Shown here piece after piece: positions 1 through 8,013 of a stretch of DNA of 52,845 bases. Each line of letters starts with the position of its first letter. Position 1 is the stretch's first letter. A program made the translations under genes and the position numbers. Source of the stretch: a virus (lineage: Duplodnaviria > Caudoviricetes); IMG/VR virus record IMGVR_UViG_3300044825_001160, positions 1 through 52,845 of that record, one strand, 5' to 3'. The notes beneath the pieces were generated by a model. The model was not told the origin of the DNA. It saw only the letters and a program-made list of their open reading frames with translations, and ran no database searches.

Positions 1-1
1 A

Positions 2-262
2 GATCCCGTTGACATTGGAGACGTAAGAAGTTGGCTGGGGTGTGTTGGTCCCCTGAATGACAATCGTCTGGCCCGTACCCGACAGGCTGATATTCGTCCC
101 CGCCTGCAGAACGACATTCGTCCCGCTGACCGTACTCGCGCCCAGCACGTTCCCCGACAGCGTGTAGTACTGATTGTGTGCCGAGTTCCAATCACTCGGA
201 CGCACGATGCTCGTGATCGTGCCATCAGGTACGGGGTTGGTGAAGATGTGCGATATGGCCAT
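2..262 (-). CDS. Virion structural / tail-associated protein, partial (runs off window edge)
   Basis: Read manually: ATG at 262, MAISHIFTNPVPDGTITSIVRPSDWNSAHNQYYTLSG..., open to the edge; Thr/Gly/Ser-rich; in the structural operon. Confidence 0.6.
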   Translation of the reverse strand, partial: MAISHIFTNPVPDGTITSIVRPSDWNSAHNQYYTLSGNVLGASTVSGTNVVLQAGTNISLSGTGQTIVIQGTNTPQPTSYVSNVNGI

Positions 263-268
263 GGGGCA

Positions 269-919
269 TTATATCCTTAACCAAGCGGAAGTGCCTGACG
301 GAGGTAGGTAAAACGCGAACGCAACAGTCGCGTAGTTATTCTGAGATCCGCTCCACGTCCACGTTATAGTCTCATCCCCTGCCGTACCGGCGTCAAGAAT
401 GACTGCACTCGCGGAAGAATGTCCGCCTTGAAACAGTGTCTCATTAGCACCCGCAAGGGAACCCGAAGCAGTTACCTCCGGTTCGTCGGAAATCGAGGAA
501 AAGACGGCTGTATTATCTCTAAACGTGGTTAATGTATATGAAGCTAGGTTACCGTTATCACCTTGGGTTCGCACTGCGGGAAGATTATCCAAAATAGGTC
601 TAATACCACCCGTATCTAACTCAAAGAAATCAATCCCGCTATCATTCGCTGGACTGGTTAAAGTTACAGTCATCACAGCAGAAGAAGGTGCTATAGCCCA
701 CCAAGCCCGAATTGAAGAGTTAGACGTTGTAGAATCCTGCACCGCTATAATTTGCGTCCACGTTGTAGACGGAGAAGAAGAAATAGTCGGCGAACCCAAA
801 GTCGAAGACTGAACAAAAACAACCAAAAAATTATTGGCTGTGACAGAACCATCCGTGGTCAACGTAGATGTTGTACCGCCCGTATACGCAGATTTTTTCT
901 GGACAAACGTGAAGGGCAT
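269..919 (-). CDS. Putative accessory virion protein (beta-rich, Ser/Thr-rich)
   Basis: 216-aa ORF abutting its neighbours; composition typical of beta-sandwich virion proteins; ends SAWLRI. Confidence 0.55.
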   Translation of the reverse strand: MPFTFVQKKSAYTGGTTSTLTTDGSVTANNFLVVFVQSSTLGSPTISSSPSTTWTQIIAVQDSTTSNSSIRAWWAIAPSSAVMTVTLTSPANDSGIDFFELDTGGIRPILDNLPAVRTQGDNGNLASYTLTTFRDNTAVFSSISDEPEVTASGSLAGANETLFQGGHSSASAVILDAGTAGDETITWTWSGSQNNYATVAFAFYLPPSGTSAWLRI

Positions 920-1567
920 CTATACCCCCGTCCATCCAATAGGGATGTCGTAATACGGCTCGATTGCTGCAGCAACGACTGCATATGTATTAGCTGCACC
1001 CCGAGTATAGGACACTGTCAGGTTAGTCGCGTTGTAGCTAGTGGCATGAGTCGCGCTACCTGTACTTGTTGGAGCAAGGATAGCGACTTGGTTTGCACCG
1101 GGAGTAAGTGTTGCTGAAGCACCTGAATCAGTAAGACCTATTAGAGCCAAAGAACCCGCATCAGCTATCAACGTATATGAAAGTGTAAGTGCAGAGGTGC
1201 CACCTGCATCGCGGGGACTAGCACAAGGAAGCTGTTTTGCGCCTGAACAAGACAAAACAGAGAGTGCGGCATCAACGCTAGCAACTGCCCATGAAACCGT
1301 ATACGTACCGCTGGTTGAAGGGAGATTCACATCGTTCCATTCAAAAAGCGAAGTACGTATTGTGCTACCTCCAGTCACGGTATCTACCAGTACCCCACTT
1401 ACACCGTTTAAGGTTGGTACGGTTGTCTGTGTCGGGCTTCGCTCTTCGGTAATGAAAACAACAACCTTGCGGTTATTCCCCGCGCCATCCGTGATGACGA
1501 TATCGCACGTAATCGGATTAGTTGTATCCGTTGTTTGGTTAGCTGTTGTGATGTTTGTGATGGGCAT
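920..1567 (-). CDS. Putative accessory virion protein (beta-rich)
   Basis: Likely start ATG 1567 (MPITNITTA) overlaps the TGA of the upstream gene; Thr/Ala-rich; ends IPIGWTGV. Confidence 0.55.
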   Translation of the reverse strand: MPITNITTANQTTDTTNPITCDIVITDGAGNNRKVVVFITEERSPTQTTVPTLNGVSGVLVDTVTGGSTIRTSLFEWNDVNLPSTSGTYTVSWAVASVDAALSVLSCSGAKQLPCASPRDAGGTSALTLSYTLIADAGSLALIGLTDSGASATLTPGANQVAILAPTSTGSATHATSYNATNLTVSYTRGAANTYAVVAAAIEPYYDIPIGWTGV

Positions 1568-2556
1568 CAGAGAAGCCTCAACCACCCTACAGACAAAATA
1601 GACGCGGTATAAAGCGAAGGGCCTATATCCGTCGTTGTCCCGGAGCGGGTATTACCCGCGATGTCTGTTGTAGGGACATTTGCGTCACTAGCGGGGCCGA
1701 TACCAGCACCGATTAATGAACTACCGGCCTTCAGATTAAAATCAAAGTTTGCGTAATCCACAAACTGATCGGCCCATGTCAGGCCGTTAATGTTCCCCGT
1801 GCCCGACTCAACATCATCAGACGCGGAATACGAGACCGTAGAGCTTAGAAAATCGTCCGTGTTTTGAAATGAAACGCAATTTACTGCCGCTGTTGCTGCG
1901 TAGGAAATACCCTGATCTGCGTTATACGCGAGGCAATTATACGCGCGCCTAGTTCCACCTGACGTAGGAAAAGATATCCCGTGTCGATTGCCGCCGGCAC
2001 TGCTTAACTTGATACCTATTGTGTTATTCACAATAGCGGTAGCGGTTGATGCCACACCCATCCGCACCCCGTATCCGGTAGCTGTACCAGATGCGCAACC
2101 AATTCGCGCTATGCACGAATCGACAGTATAGGTAAACGTGCCAGTTGTATTAAATCTAATAGCGTAGGGGCCGCTGGTGTTTGTGCCGTCGTTTTGAACT
2201 TGTAAGTTTTTTAATGTTACTGGACCAATGTTATACGTTACATATAAACCTTCGAGAGCCGCCCCAGCATATTCGATGCGATACTTTGTAGTGTCCCACT
2301 TGGGCCCTGCAACATTTCCCTGTACTGTTATAGATGCGGCAAGCAACGAAGGACTAAATAAAGCCCTTGCCGTGTCGGCGGCAACACCTTGACAATATAT
2401 AGTTATATCGTCCGTTTCAGCTTGAACAGTGGTATTTCCCACTGCATTACCAAGCGTATTAAACCGGTCGCTATTTGCCGGCCACGTTGAAGATGTATGG
2501 ACCGGTGTACCGGGAGTAGCGGTGCCGTTGTCGGTGTCAACAAATATGTATTTCAT
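1567..2556 (-). CDS. Putative parallel beta-helix (pectin-lyase-like) virion protein
   Basis: 329 aa; beta-helix-like N/G/I repeats (LKNLQVQN, IVNNTIG, AYNCLAYN); C-terminal DFNLKAGSSLIGAG...TDIAGNTR...DIGP resembles choice-of-anchor-Q-type tails. Confidence 0.55.
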   Translation of the reverse strand: MKYIFVDTDNGTATPGTPVHTSSTWPANSDRFNTLGNAVGNTTVQAETDDITIYCQGVAADTARALFSPSLLAASITVQGNVAGPKWDTTKYRIEYAGAALEGLYVTYNIGPVTLKNLQVQNDGTNTSGPYAIRFNTTGTFTYTVDSCIARIGCASGTATGYGVRMGVASTATAIVNNTIGIKLSSAGGNRHGISFPTSGGTRRAYNCLAYNADQGISYAATAAVNCVSFQNTDDFLSSTVSYSASDDVESGTGNINGLTWADQFVDYANFDFNLKAGSSLIGAGIGPASDANVPTTDIAGNTRSGTTTDIGPSLYTASILSVGWLRLL

Positions 2557-2576
2557 GGATTACCCAACTGTCCATG

Positions 2577-2603
2577 AAAAAGACGGCCCCGGGGAGGGGC
2601 CGT
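2577..2603 (-). terminator. Intrinsic terminator after the 92-aa gene
   Basis: Minus strand ACGGCCCC-TCCCC-GGGGCCGT followed by CTTTTT. Confidence 0.75.
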
Positions 2604-2619
2604 GAACTACCACCAAGGG

Positions 2620-2898
2620 TCAGCCATAAACAACGGTCGCGGTACAGTTGGTCAGGGTGCCGTGTACGTCCGTGCCGAAAAGGATCCCCTCTCCGGGGAT
2701 AAGCACGTTTGCAATGGTAGCAGCGGCTGGCGTGTCAACCTGTAGGAGGGTAACGCCGGAAGCACCCCCATCCCGAAGTACGACACTACCAGCCGTCGCC
2801 GTGCAAGCGATGACTACGCTTTTGACCCGCACACGAGCACTGACCGCCGTTCCTGTAGCCGACAGATACGCACTTTTGACATCAGTTTGCATCGTCAT
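2620..2898 (-). CDS. Small conserved virion structural protein
   Basis: 92 aa, beta-rich (VVLRDGGASG...IPGEGILF); GGAGA RBS; downstream of the capsid gene. Confidence 0.6.
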   Translation of the reverse strand: MTMQTDVKSAYLSATGTAVSARVRVKSVVIACTATAGSVVLRDGGASGVTLLQVDTPAAATIANVLIPGEGILFGTDVHGTLTNCTATVVYG

Positions 2899-2920
2899 CG
2901 GAACGTCTCCGGATCAGTTA

Positions 2921-3412
2921 TTACGGGCCAGTGAAGCTGGTCGGGTAGATCGAACCATCCGGCTGACGAACGATGTAAGCGATGTTGGCCGTAATAGCGC
3001 CCGTACCGCCACCACCGTTGGACTGCGTAAACGAAATAATCGCGTCCGTAGGACCGACGTTAGCCACCAGATCCGGGCGAACTGAACCCAGAGCGATTGT
3101 AGCTACGCCCGTAGCGCCTGCGGCAGGGGACGAAATTACCGTCGCTCCCGTGATTGCCGTGCCATTCACAAAAAACGTAAACGTCGGGTTAGTGGTCGTA
3201 TACGCCGTAGTGATAATAAGCTGGATGTCCCAGATAGCGGAACCTGCCGGAAGCACTGCAAGCTGTGTCTGGGCAGTAGTATCGGTGTAGGCGATGTTCT
3301 TGAACTGAGCCACCGGGGTAGCCCCCAGATTGCGGATCGTCCCAGCGGTGGTGCCGGTGGTGTTGCGTACCGTGCCAAGCAGCCACGGCCCAAGATGAGT
3401 TGCAAGTCCCAT
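2921..3412 (-). CDS. Virion structural protein (putative head-associated)
   Basis: Likely start ATG 3412 (MGLATHLGPW) with GAGGA RBS; Thr/Gly-rich. Confidence 0.6.
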   Translation of the reverse strand: MGLATHLGPWLLGTVRNTTGTTAGTIRNLGATPVAQFKNIAYTDTTAQTQLAVLPAGSAIWDIQLIITTAYTTTNPTFTFFVNGTAITGATVISSPAAGATGVATIALGSVRPDLVANVGPTDAIISFTQSNGGGGTGAITANIAYIVRQPDGSIYPTSFTGP

Positions 3413-3424
3413 GAAAGAGTCCTC

Positions 3425-3494
3425 ATGCACGAGTCGCTACGTCATCTGTGCATCGTCCCTCTAGGCAGGGCTGACGTAGCTGAAAAAGCCTAGA
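3425..3494 (-). ncRNA. Structured cis-RNA with two pseudoknot-type pairings; candidate Mu-gpT-DE-like motif
   Basis: Complementary pairs 3436-3444/3472-3480 (9 bp), 3457-3460/3467-3470, 3461-3466/3488-3493 and 3425-3430/3448-3453; intergenic, downstream of the capsid gene. Confidence 0.6.
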
Positions 3495-3504
3495 ACCTGT
3501 CCGC

Positions 3505-3533
3505 TATATACCCGTAACCAGCAAAGGCGTCAA
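3505..3533 (-). promoter_or_regulatory. Putative sigma70 promoter
   Basis: TTGACG-N17-TATATA on the minus strand; predicted +1 just upstream of the structured RNA. Confidence 0.5.
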
Positions 3534-4129
3534 GGAGTGGTGGGAAGAAGCAGCTTGTTCGACTTAGCCAAGTTTTCTTCGCGGGTTATAATACGTAAGT
3601 TCCACGGAACGTGCAGACCGCAAACGATGTCAGACCGCAAAGGAACAATGTGATCTACTACGTATTGTTCTCCGGTTATCTTGGTCATTGTTATAGCGGT
3701 TTGATATATCTGGCGGATCTCTGTTTTTTGTCTGCGTGACAGCCACGGCGGTGCGGCTTCCCGATGCCTCCGACGACGAGCTTTCGTATCAGCCCGTATT
3801 TTGACTAAATTATTTTGTTTCCAGTTATTTCTGTACTCACGTAACTGGGCTGCAGGGCGTGTAGTAGCTCTCTGTATTACAGCACTACGATTAGCCGTGT
3901 ACCAAGCGTTTTTACGGTCTTTAACCGTTTCCATACGGTTGTAGGCAAAAAAATAATCACGACGTTTTTCATTATTACTTTGCCATTCGACCTTTAAGCA
4001 CTCAATACAAGCACCTTTCGTTTTTCTGGGGGCTATGTGGCCGTGTTTACATGGGGTTCCCGTGAAGTAATGAGCAGCGCCGATTGCCTTAGCTTCAGCA
4101 CGGGTTTTGGGAAGATCTGCGAAATCCAT
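3530..4129 (-). CDS. Free-standing HNH homing endonuclease
   Basis: C-terminal VDHIVPL...VCGLHVPWNLRIITREENLAKSN HNH motif; N-terminal YFTGTPCKHGH...CIEC Zn module; visibly lower GC than the capsid gene. Confidence 0.85.
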   Translation of the reverse strand: MDFADLPKTRAEAKAIGAAHYFTGTPCKHGHIAPRKTKGACIECLKVEWQSNNEKRRDYFFAYNRMETVKDRKNAWYTANRSAVIQRATTRPAAQLREYRNNWKQNNLVKIRADTKARRRRHREAAPPWLSRRQKTEIRQIYQTAITMTKITGEQYVVDHIVPLRSDIVCGLHVPWNLRIITREENLAKSNKLLLPTTP

Positions 4130-4158
4130 AAAACGCTCCTGTAGACTTAGTTACAGGT

Positions 4159-4187
4159 AACGTATCTGGGCGGAAGTAAGAAGTCAA
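4159..4187 (-). promoter_or_regulatory. Putative sigma70 promoter for the HNH gene
   Basis: TTGACT-N17-TACGTT directly after the capsid terminator; AGGAG RBS precedes the ATG. Confidence 0.5.
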
Positions 4188-4190
4188 GAC

Positions 4191-4219
4191 AAAAAGAAAG
4201 GGGCCCGAAGGCCCCTTTC
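4191..4219 (-). terminator. Intrinsic terminator after the major capsid gene
   Basis: GAAAGGGGCC-TTCG-GGCCCCTTTC-TTTTT; 10-bp stem, cUUCGg tetraloop, U-tract. Confidence 0.9.
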
Positions 4220-4227
4220 AAGTCGCG

Positions 4228-4240
4228 TAAGTGCTTGATT
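4228..4240 (-). promoter_or_regulatory. IHF-consensus site
   Basis: AATCAAGCACTTA matches WATCAA-N4-TTR. Confidence 0.45.
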
Positions 4241-4242
4241 TA

Positions 4243-5154
4243 TCAGGTGGAACCTGACGAACCAAAGACTCCAAGCGGGTCCGACCAGCCAAAGCTGTAA
4301 CGCTCGCGGCTCTTGTAACGGACATTTCCCGTGTCAAAATCACCATCCATTGAGTTTTGCAGCGGGGTACGGACGAAGTGCTTCAGGCCATTCGGTACAT
4401 CCGTCAGGAGGAACCAAGCATTGGTGTCCGTCAGGAAGTGGTTGACCTTGTAGCCTTCCGGGATCGAGCCCATGGCCTTGAGGGCGTTGATGTCGTTGTC
4501 GGTCGTCCCAACACGGAGTTCCGTATCGAGCAGACGCTTGGCAACGAACATCAGTGCCGGGGGCACGACGAGCTTGCGGGGCTTGGCGGCGATAAGCAGG
4601 TTACGCTCATCCGTCCAAGCTGCGATCTGAATGACTGCCGCCTCAAGGGAGGTTTCGTTCAGGTCAGCCTGCGTGGTGAACGTGTTGCTGTTGACGCCGC
4701 CGGAGACGATGGGGTGTGCGGTCGAGAACAGAGCGACACCGTCACCGCCGGGATTGGCGGCGCTGAAGCCGTTGTTCAGGATCGACGCCGCCTTCACCTG
4801 CTTGGTGTACGCCATTGCCCGGGCGAGAGCCTTGGTGTAGCGCTTGCTGAGAGAATCATAGAGGTTGTCCTCTACGGCCTCTTCAGTGATGCTGAAGCCA
4901 AGAGCAATCGTCTCGTGGTTGTAACGGGCGGTCCATGCTTCCTGCGCATTGTCATACGCAATTGCAGAACCTTCCGCCTTGACCGGAGCAGCCGAGAAAC
5001 CCGACAGCTTGGTCTCCTCTTCAAAGGAACGCTCGGAGGTTTCTACTTCGTAGATCTCCTTGTGCTCTTCTCCGTAGGTGTTGTACTCCATGCCGAACAG
5101 AGCGTTCAGGCCGGGGAGCAGTTCTTTCAGTAGTTGTGCGCGTGAAATAGCCAT
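4243..5154 (-). CDS. Major capsid protein (Mu gpT-like family)
   Basis: 303 aa, MAISRAQLLKELLPGLNALFG... to ...RERYSFGWSDPLG, recognised from related phages; strong codon bias; followed by a strong terminator. Confidence 0.9.
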   Translation of the reverse strand: MAISRAQLLKELLPGLNALFGMEYNTYGEEHKEIYEVETSERSFEEETKLSGFSAAPVKAEGSAIAYDNAQEAWTARYNHETIALGFSITEEAVEDNLYDSLSKRYTKALARAMAYTKQVKAASILNNGFSAANPGGDGVALFSTAHPIVSGGVNSNTFTTQADLNETSLEAAVIQIAAWTDERNLLIAAKPRKLVVPPALMFVAKRLLDTELRVGTTDNDINALKAMGSIPEGYKVNHFLTDTNAWFLLTDVPNGLKHFVRTPLQNSMDGDFDTGNVRYKSRERYSFGWSDPLGVFGSSGST

Positions 5155-5168
5155 GTGTCACTGCTCCT

Positions 5169-6020
5169 TTAAGCGGTGGCGCTGCTGTAGTAGCCATGGA
5201 TCAGCAGGTTCACCTTGACCAGAATCTCCGGGTAGACCGTGAAAATAATGGTCGAGGACGCAGGGATGTTAGTACCCGCACCTGCCAACGTGGGCTGAGC
5301 GTTGATCGTAATGGACGTAGCACCCGCCGAAGCAGCCGCAGTTACAAACGAGCCAGTATCAATTACCTGACCATTTGCAGCGAGGTAACCCACGCTCGTA
5401 CCAATCGGAATCGCCGCCGACAGACCCGAGCCCGTCAGAGTGATCGTCGTAGTGGCCGAAGAGCCCGTACCCGTAGCCGCGTATGCCGTATCCTCAACCA
5501 CGCCGACGCAACGAACCGGAAGGATCGTGCTAACCGGAGTAGCCGTGGGAGCCAGTACTGCGTTACGGGAGTTACCCGTCATAGTCTGACCAGCGAGGTC
5601 TACGTTGTTTACCATCGACAGGTTGGTGCCAACCAGTGCTTTCGCGCCGGAAGCAACGACCGTAGTTGCCGAGCAAACAACCGCTTTGAACACCGTATCA
5701 GGGTCATCGCAGACAACAGCCATTGCATCGCCAGCCAGCGTGCCCGAGGGCCAGTACTGCGAGAACTGCTTCTGCTTGGTGGTCGGGTTGGTGAACGAGC
5801 AGCCGAGGAATACCCCGGTTACTTGGTTTACGCCCGTGCCGGTGGATACTGCTGCACGAGTCGCAAAACCGCGAGCGAGTACCACAAAGTCGCCGTAATA
5901 AATGTTGGCGTTGTAGCCGTACTGGATGGGAATCATCCGAGTAGAGCCAGAGAACACCTGCCCGCCGATCAGGTTGATCGGCTTCAGGCCGTAAGGCCCG
6001 TCAAGCGCCGGATAAGCCAT
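5169..6020 (-). CDS. Putative head decoration / minor capsid protein
   Basis: 283 aa directly upstream of the capsid gene; PYGLKPINLIGG...GVFLGCSFTNP...DDPDTVF. Confidence 0.6.
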   Translation of the reverse strand: MAYPALDGPYGLKPINLIGGQVFSGSTRMIPIQYGYNANIYYGDFVVLARGFATRAAVSTGTGVNQVTGVFLGCSFTNPTTKQKQFSQYWPSGTLAGDAMAVVCDDPDTVFKAVVCSATTVVASGAKALVGTNLSMVNNVDLAGQTMTGNSRNAVLAPTATPVSTILPVRCVGVVEDTAYAATGTGSSATTTITLTGSGLSAAIPIGTSVGYLAANGQVIDTGSFVTAAASAGATSITINAQPTLAGAGTNIPASSTIIFTVYPEILVKVNLLIHGYYSSATA

Positions 6021-6032
6021 TTCAGACTCCTA

Positions 6033-6488
6033 TTAAGATCGAGTTCCGCGTCCAAATGACGTTGTGCTGCGTTTCTCGTTAAAGAGCGGCATACGCTCGT
6101 CATTCGTTCGCATGAAGTTGTTGTCCACAGCCTCCATCTGAGATTGTGCTTGGCGAGCGTAGTAATCCGCCCGTTGCTGCAGCATCTCTTCCGGGGCCTT
6201 ACACAACAGCAGTCCACCAATTTCAATGTTGTCCTTGAAACGGGCGTTGCCGTTGGGATCCGAATACATCATCAGTTCAGGTACATCAGAAGCCTTTACA
6301 GGCTCCCATCCTTCCCGCATCTTCGCGGACGCATTTGTTGGGTCAATCTGACCCATCAGGGTGGTCCGAATCCATCTAAACACCCAGCCCGGTTGCGGAT
6401 TCGGGCTTGGAAGTGTCTCCGGGGGAGCCCACGCTCGTTTGCGTTGTTCCCGATTCTCCAGTTCTCGTGCCAGACGACTCTCAGCCAT
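6033..6488 (-). CDS. Conserved head-module protein
   Basis: 151 aa, FRWIR...REGWEPVKA...IGGLLLCK, between the scaffold and decoration genes. Confidence 0.6.
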   Translation of the reverse strand: MAESRLARELENREQRKRAWAPPETLPSPNPQPGWVFRWIRTTLMGQIDPTNASAKMREGWEPVKASDVPELMMYSDPNGNARFKDNIEIGGLLLCKAPEEMLQQRADYYARQAQSQMEAVDNNFMRTNDERMPLFNEKRSTTSFGRGTRS

Positions 6489-7425
6489 TTTGGTTCTCCA
6501 GTTTCATCAATTCTCGTGCATACGCTTCGTTAGTCAGGCCAAGCCTCTTGGCCAGAGCAACTTGCGATGGTGTCAGGCGGACCTGACGCGGCGCGGTACT
6601 CCGCGTAGCTGGAGCAACCACCGTAGTGGCCTGCTTCCGAGAGGAGGTTCTCGACCTCCGCTCTTCTTCATCGTCTTCAAAGCGCTCAGGAAAACGTCTC
6701 CTGATCGTTTCATCAACACGCCGGTAGTAATCGTCGCTGCGCGGATCGACTCCCGAACGGACCAATTTTTCGTGCAAGCCCAGAGCGAGGGCGGTCATTT
6801 CCTCGTCAACACCGAACCATTCGTTCTTTTGTCGCCATGCTTCTGCCTTTTGATCGACAGGCACGCGAGGTGCTGGTGCTTGTTGTGGCGTTTGTACACC
6901 TGATTCCTCTTCTTGTAAAGAGGGAGAAAATAATTGAACTTCTTTCAGCTTCAATTTGGCGTCAGTCAAAGCCTCCTGCGCATTCGCAATAAGCTCTGCA
7001 TCACCCGTCTCGTAAGCCTGCTTCAGTTTCTCTTTGGCAGAGCCAATTTCATTCTGAGCGGAACGAGCGATTTCCTGTGCAAGATATTTCTCGCCAGTAC
7101 CCGCCCGTTTGCGGAGACTTTGATTTTCCTGATAAGCCTGCTCGGCGAAGCGAATAGCCTCTTCCCGTTCCCGGAGCGCCGCCTCTTTGGCCCGACGCTC
7201 GTCATGCCAGACTTTCTTCATCTGGCTGAGACGCTTCTTCACCTTCTCGGAGTATTCCTCCAGATCGTCGCTCTCAAGCTCCTCAACGACATTCTGAGGG
7301 AGAGGTTTGCGACCCCGATCCTCCGGTGGCGTGTCATCCACCAGTTCGACCTCGATATCGCTTTCCTCGATATCGTTCTTCGTCGGATCAACCTCATCAG
7401 GAAACTTAAACTCTTCGTATGCCAT
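6481..7425 (-). CDS. Putative capsid scaffolding protein
   Basis: 314 aa, acidic coiled coil; C-terminal LTPSQVALAKRLGLTNEAYA; located between portal and capsid genes. Confidence 0.7.
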   Translation of the reverse strand: MAYEEFKFPDEVDPTKNDIEESDIEVELVDDTPPEDRGRKPLPQNVVEELESDDLEEYSEKVKKRLSQMKKVWHDERRAKEAALREREEAIRFAEQAYQENQSLRKRAGTGEKYLAQEIARSAQNEIGSAKEKLKQAYETGDAELIANAQEALTDAKLKLKEVQLFSPSLQEEESGVQTPQQAPAPRVPVDQKAEAWRQKNEWFGVDEEMTALALGLHEKLVRSGVDPRSDDYYRRVDETIRRRFPERFEDDEEERRSRTSSRKQATTVVAPATRSTAPRQVRLTPSQVALAKRLGLTNEAYARELMKLENQNG

Positions 7426-7436
7426 GTGTGTGCTCC

Positions 7437-7820
7437 TTATGCGCGGTAAAGCCCGCGTGGGTCGTCAACGACAGCCTCGACGGTGTCGTCATTGATGATG
7501 CGCCACTCCGTCCCGTGAATCTTGACCCGCGTACCGGAGTACGCCCTCACGAGCACAAAGTCACCCACCTTGCACCACGGTCCCGTAGGGAACCGCTCGG
7601 TGTCCTTGTATGCCATGTCGCCCATCTTGGCGACAAATAGCACCAGCGTTGTCTGCTCCTCGACCCGCATGGTCTCGTTGGCCTTGATAAGGCCCGTCTC
7701 GCCGTAGGTCTCCTCGACCTTTGGCACCATGCAGAGCAGGCGATAGCCTTTCGGATCGGGCAATTGCTTTGCCTTCTCCTCGGCCTCCTGCTGCGTCTTC
7801 TCGACGTTTACATCACTCAT
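7437..7820 (-). CDS. GroES-like co-chaperonin
   Basis: LPDPKGYRLL...CKVGDFVLVRAYSGTRVKIHGTEWRIINDDTVEAVV resembles the Cpn10 fold. Confidence 0.8.
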   Translation of the reverse strand: MSDVNVEKTQQEAEEKAKQLPDPKGYRLLCMVPKVEETYGETGLIKANETMRVEEQTTLVLFVAKMGDMAYKDTERFPTGPWCKVGDFVLVRAYSGTRVKIHGTEWRIINDDTVEAVVDDPRGLYRA

Positions 7821-8013
7821 CTGCGCCCTCCTCTAGGCGTTTTGCAAGGTCAGCTATGATCTGCTGTGAAAGAGTGATGCCTTGAATCACCCCGCAGAGT
7901 CTCTGGTACTCTGAAAAATCCTTCACATTCCCGCGAGCAACATGCTCGGTGATGGTGCTGCACTGTTCATCCAACTTGCCGAGCAAGTAGGCGACAGCGG
8001 ATTGTTGGCTCAT
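7813..8013 (-). CDS. Small conserved head-module protein
   Basis: 66 aa, DFSEYQRLCGVIQGI; overlaps the portal stop and the GroES-like start. Confidence 0.6.
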   Translation of the reverse strand: MSQQSAVAYLLGKLDEQCSTITEHVARGNVKDFSEYQRLCGVIQGITLSQQIIADLAKRLEEGADE

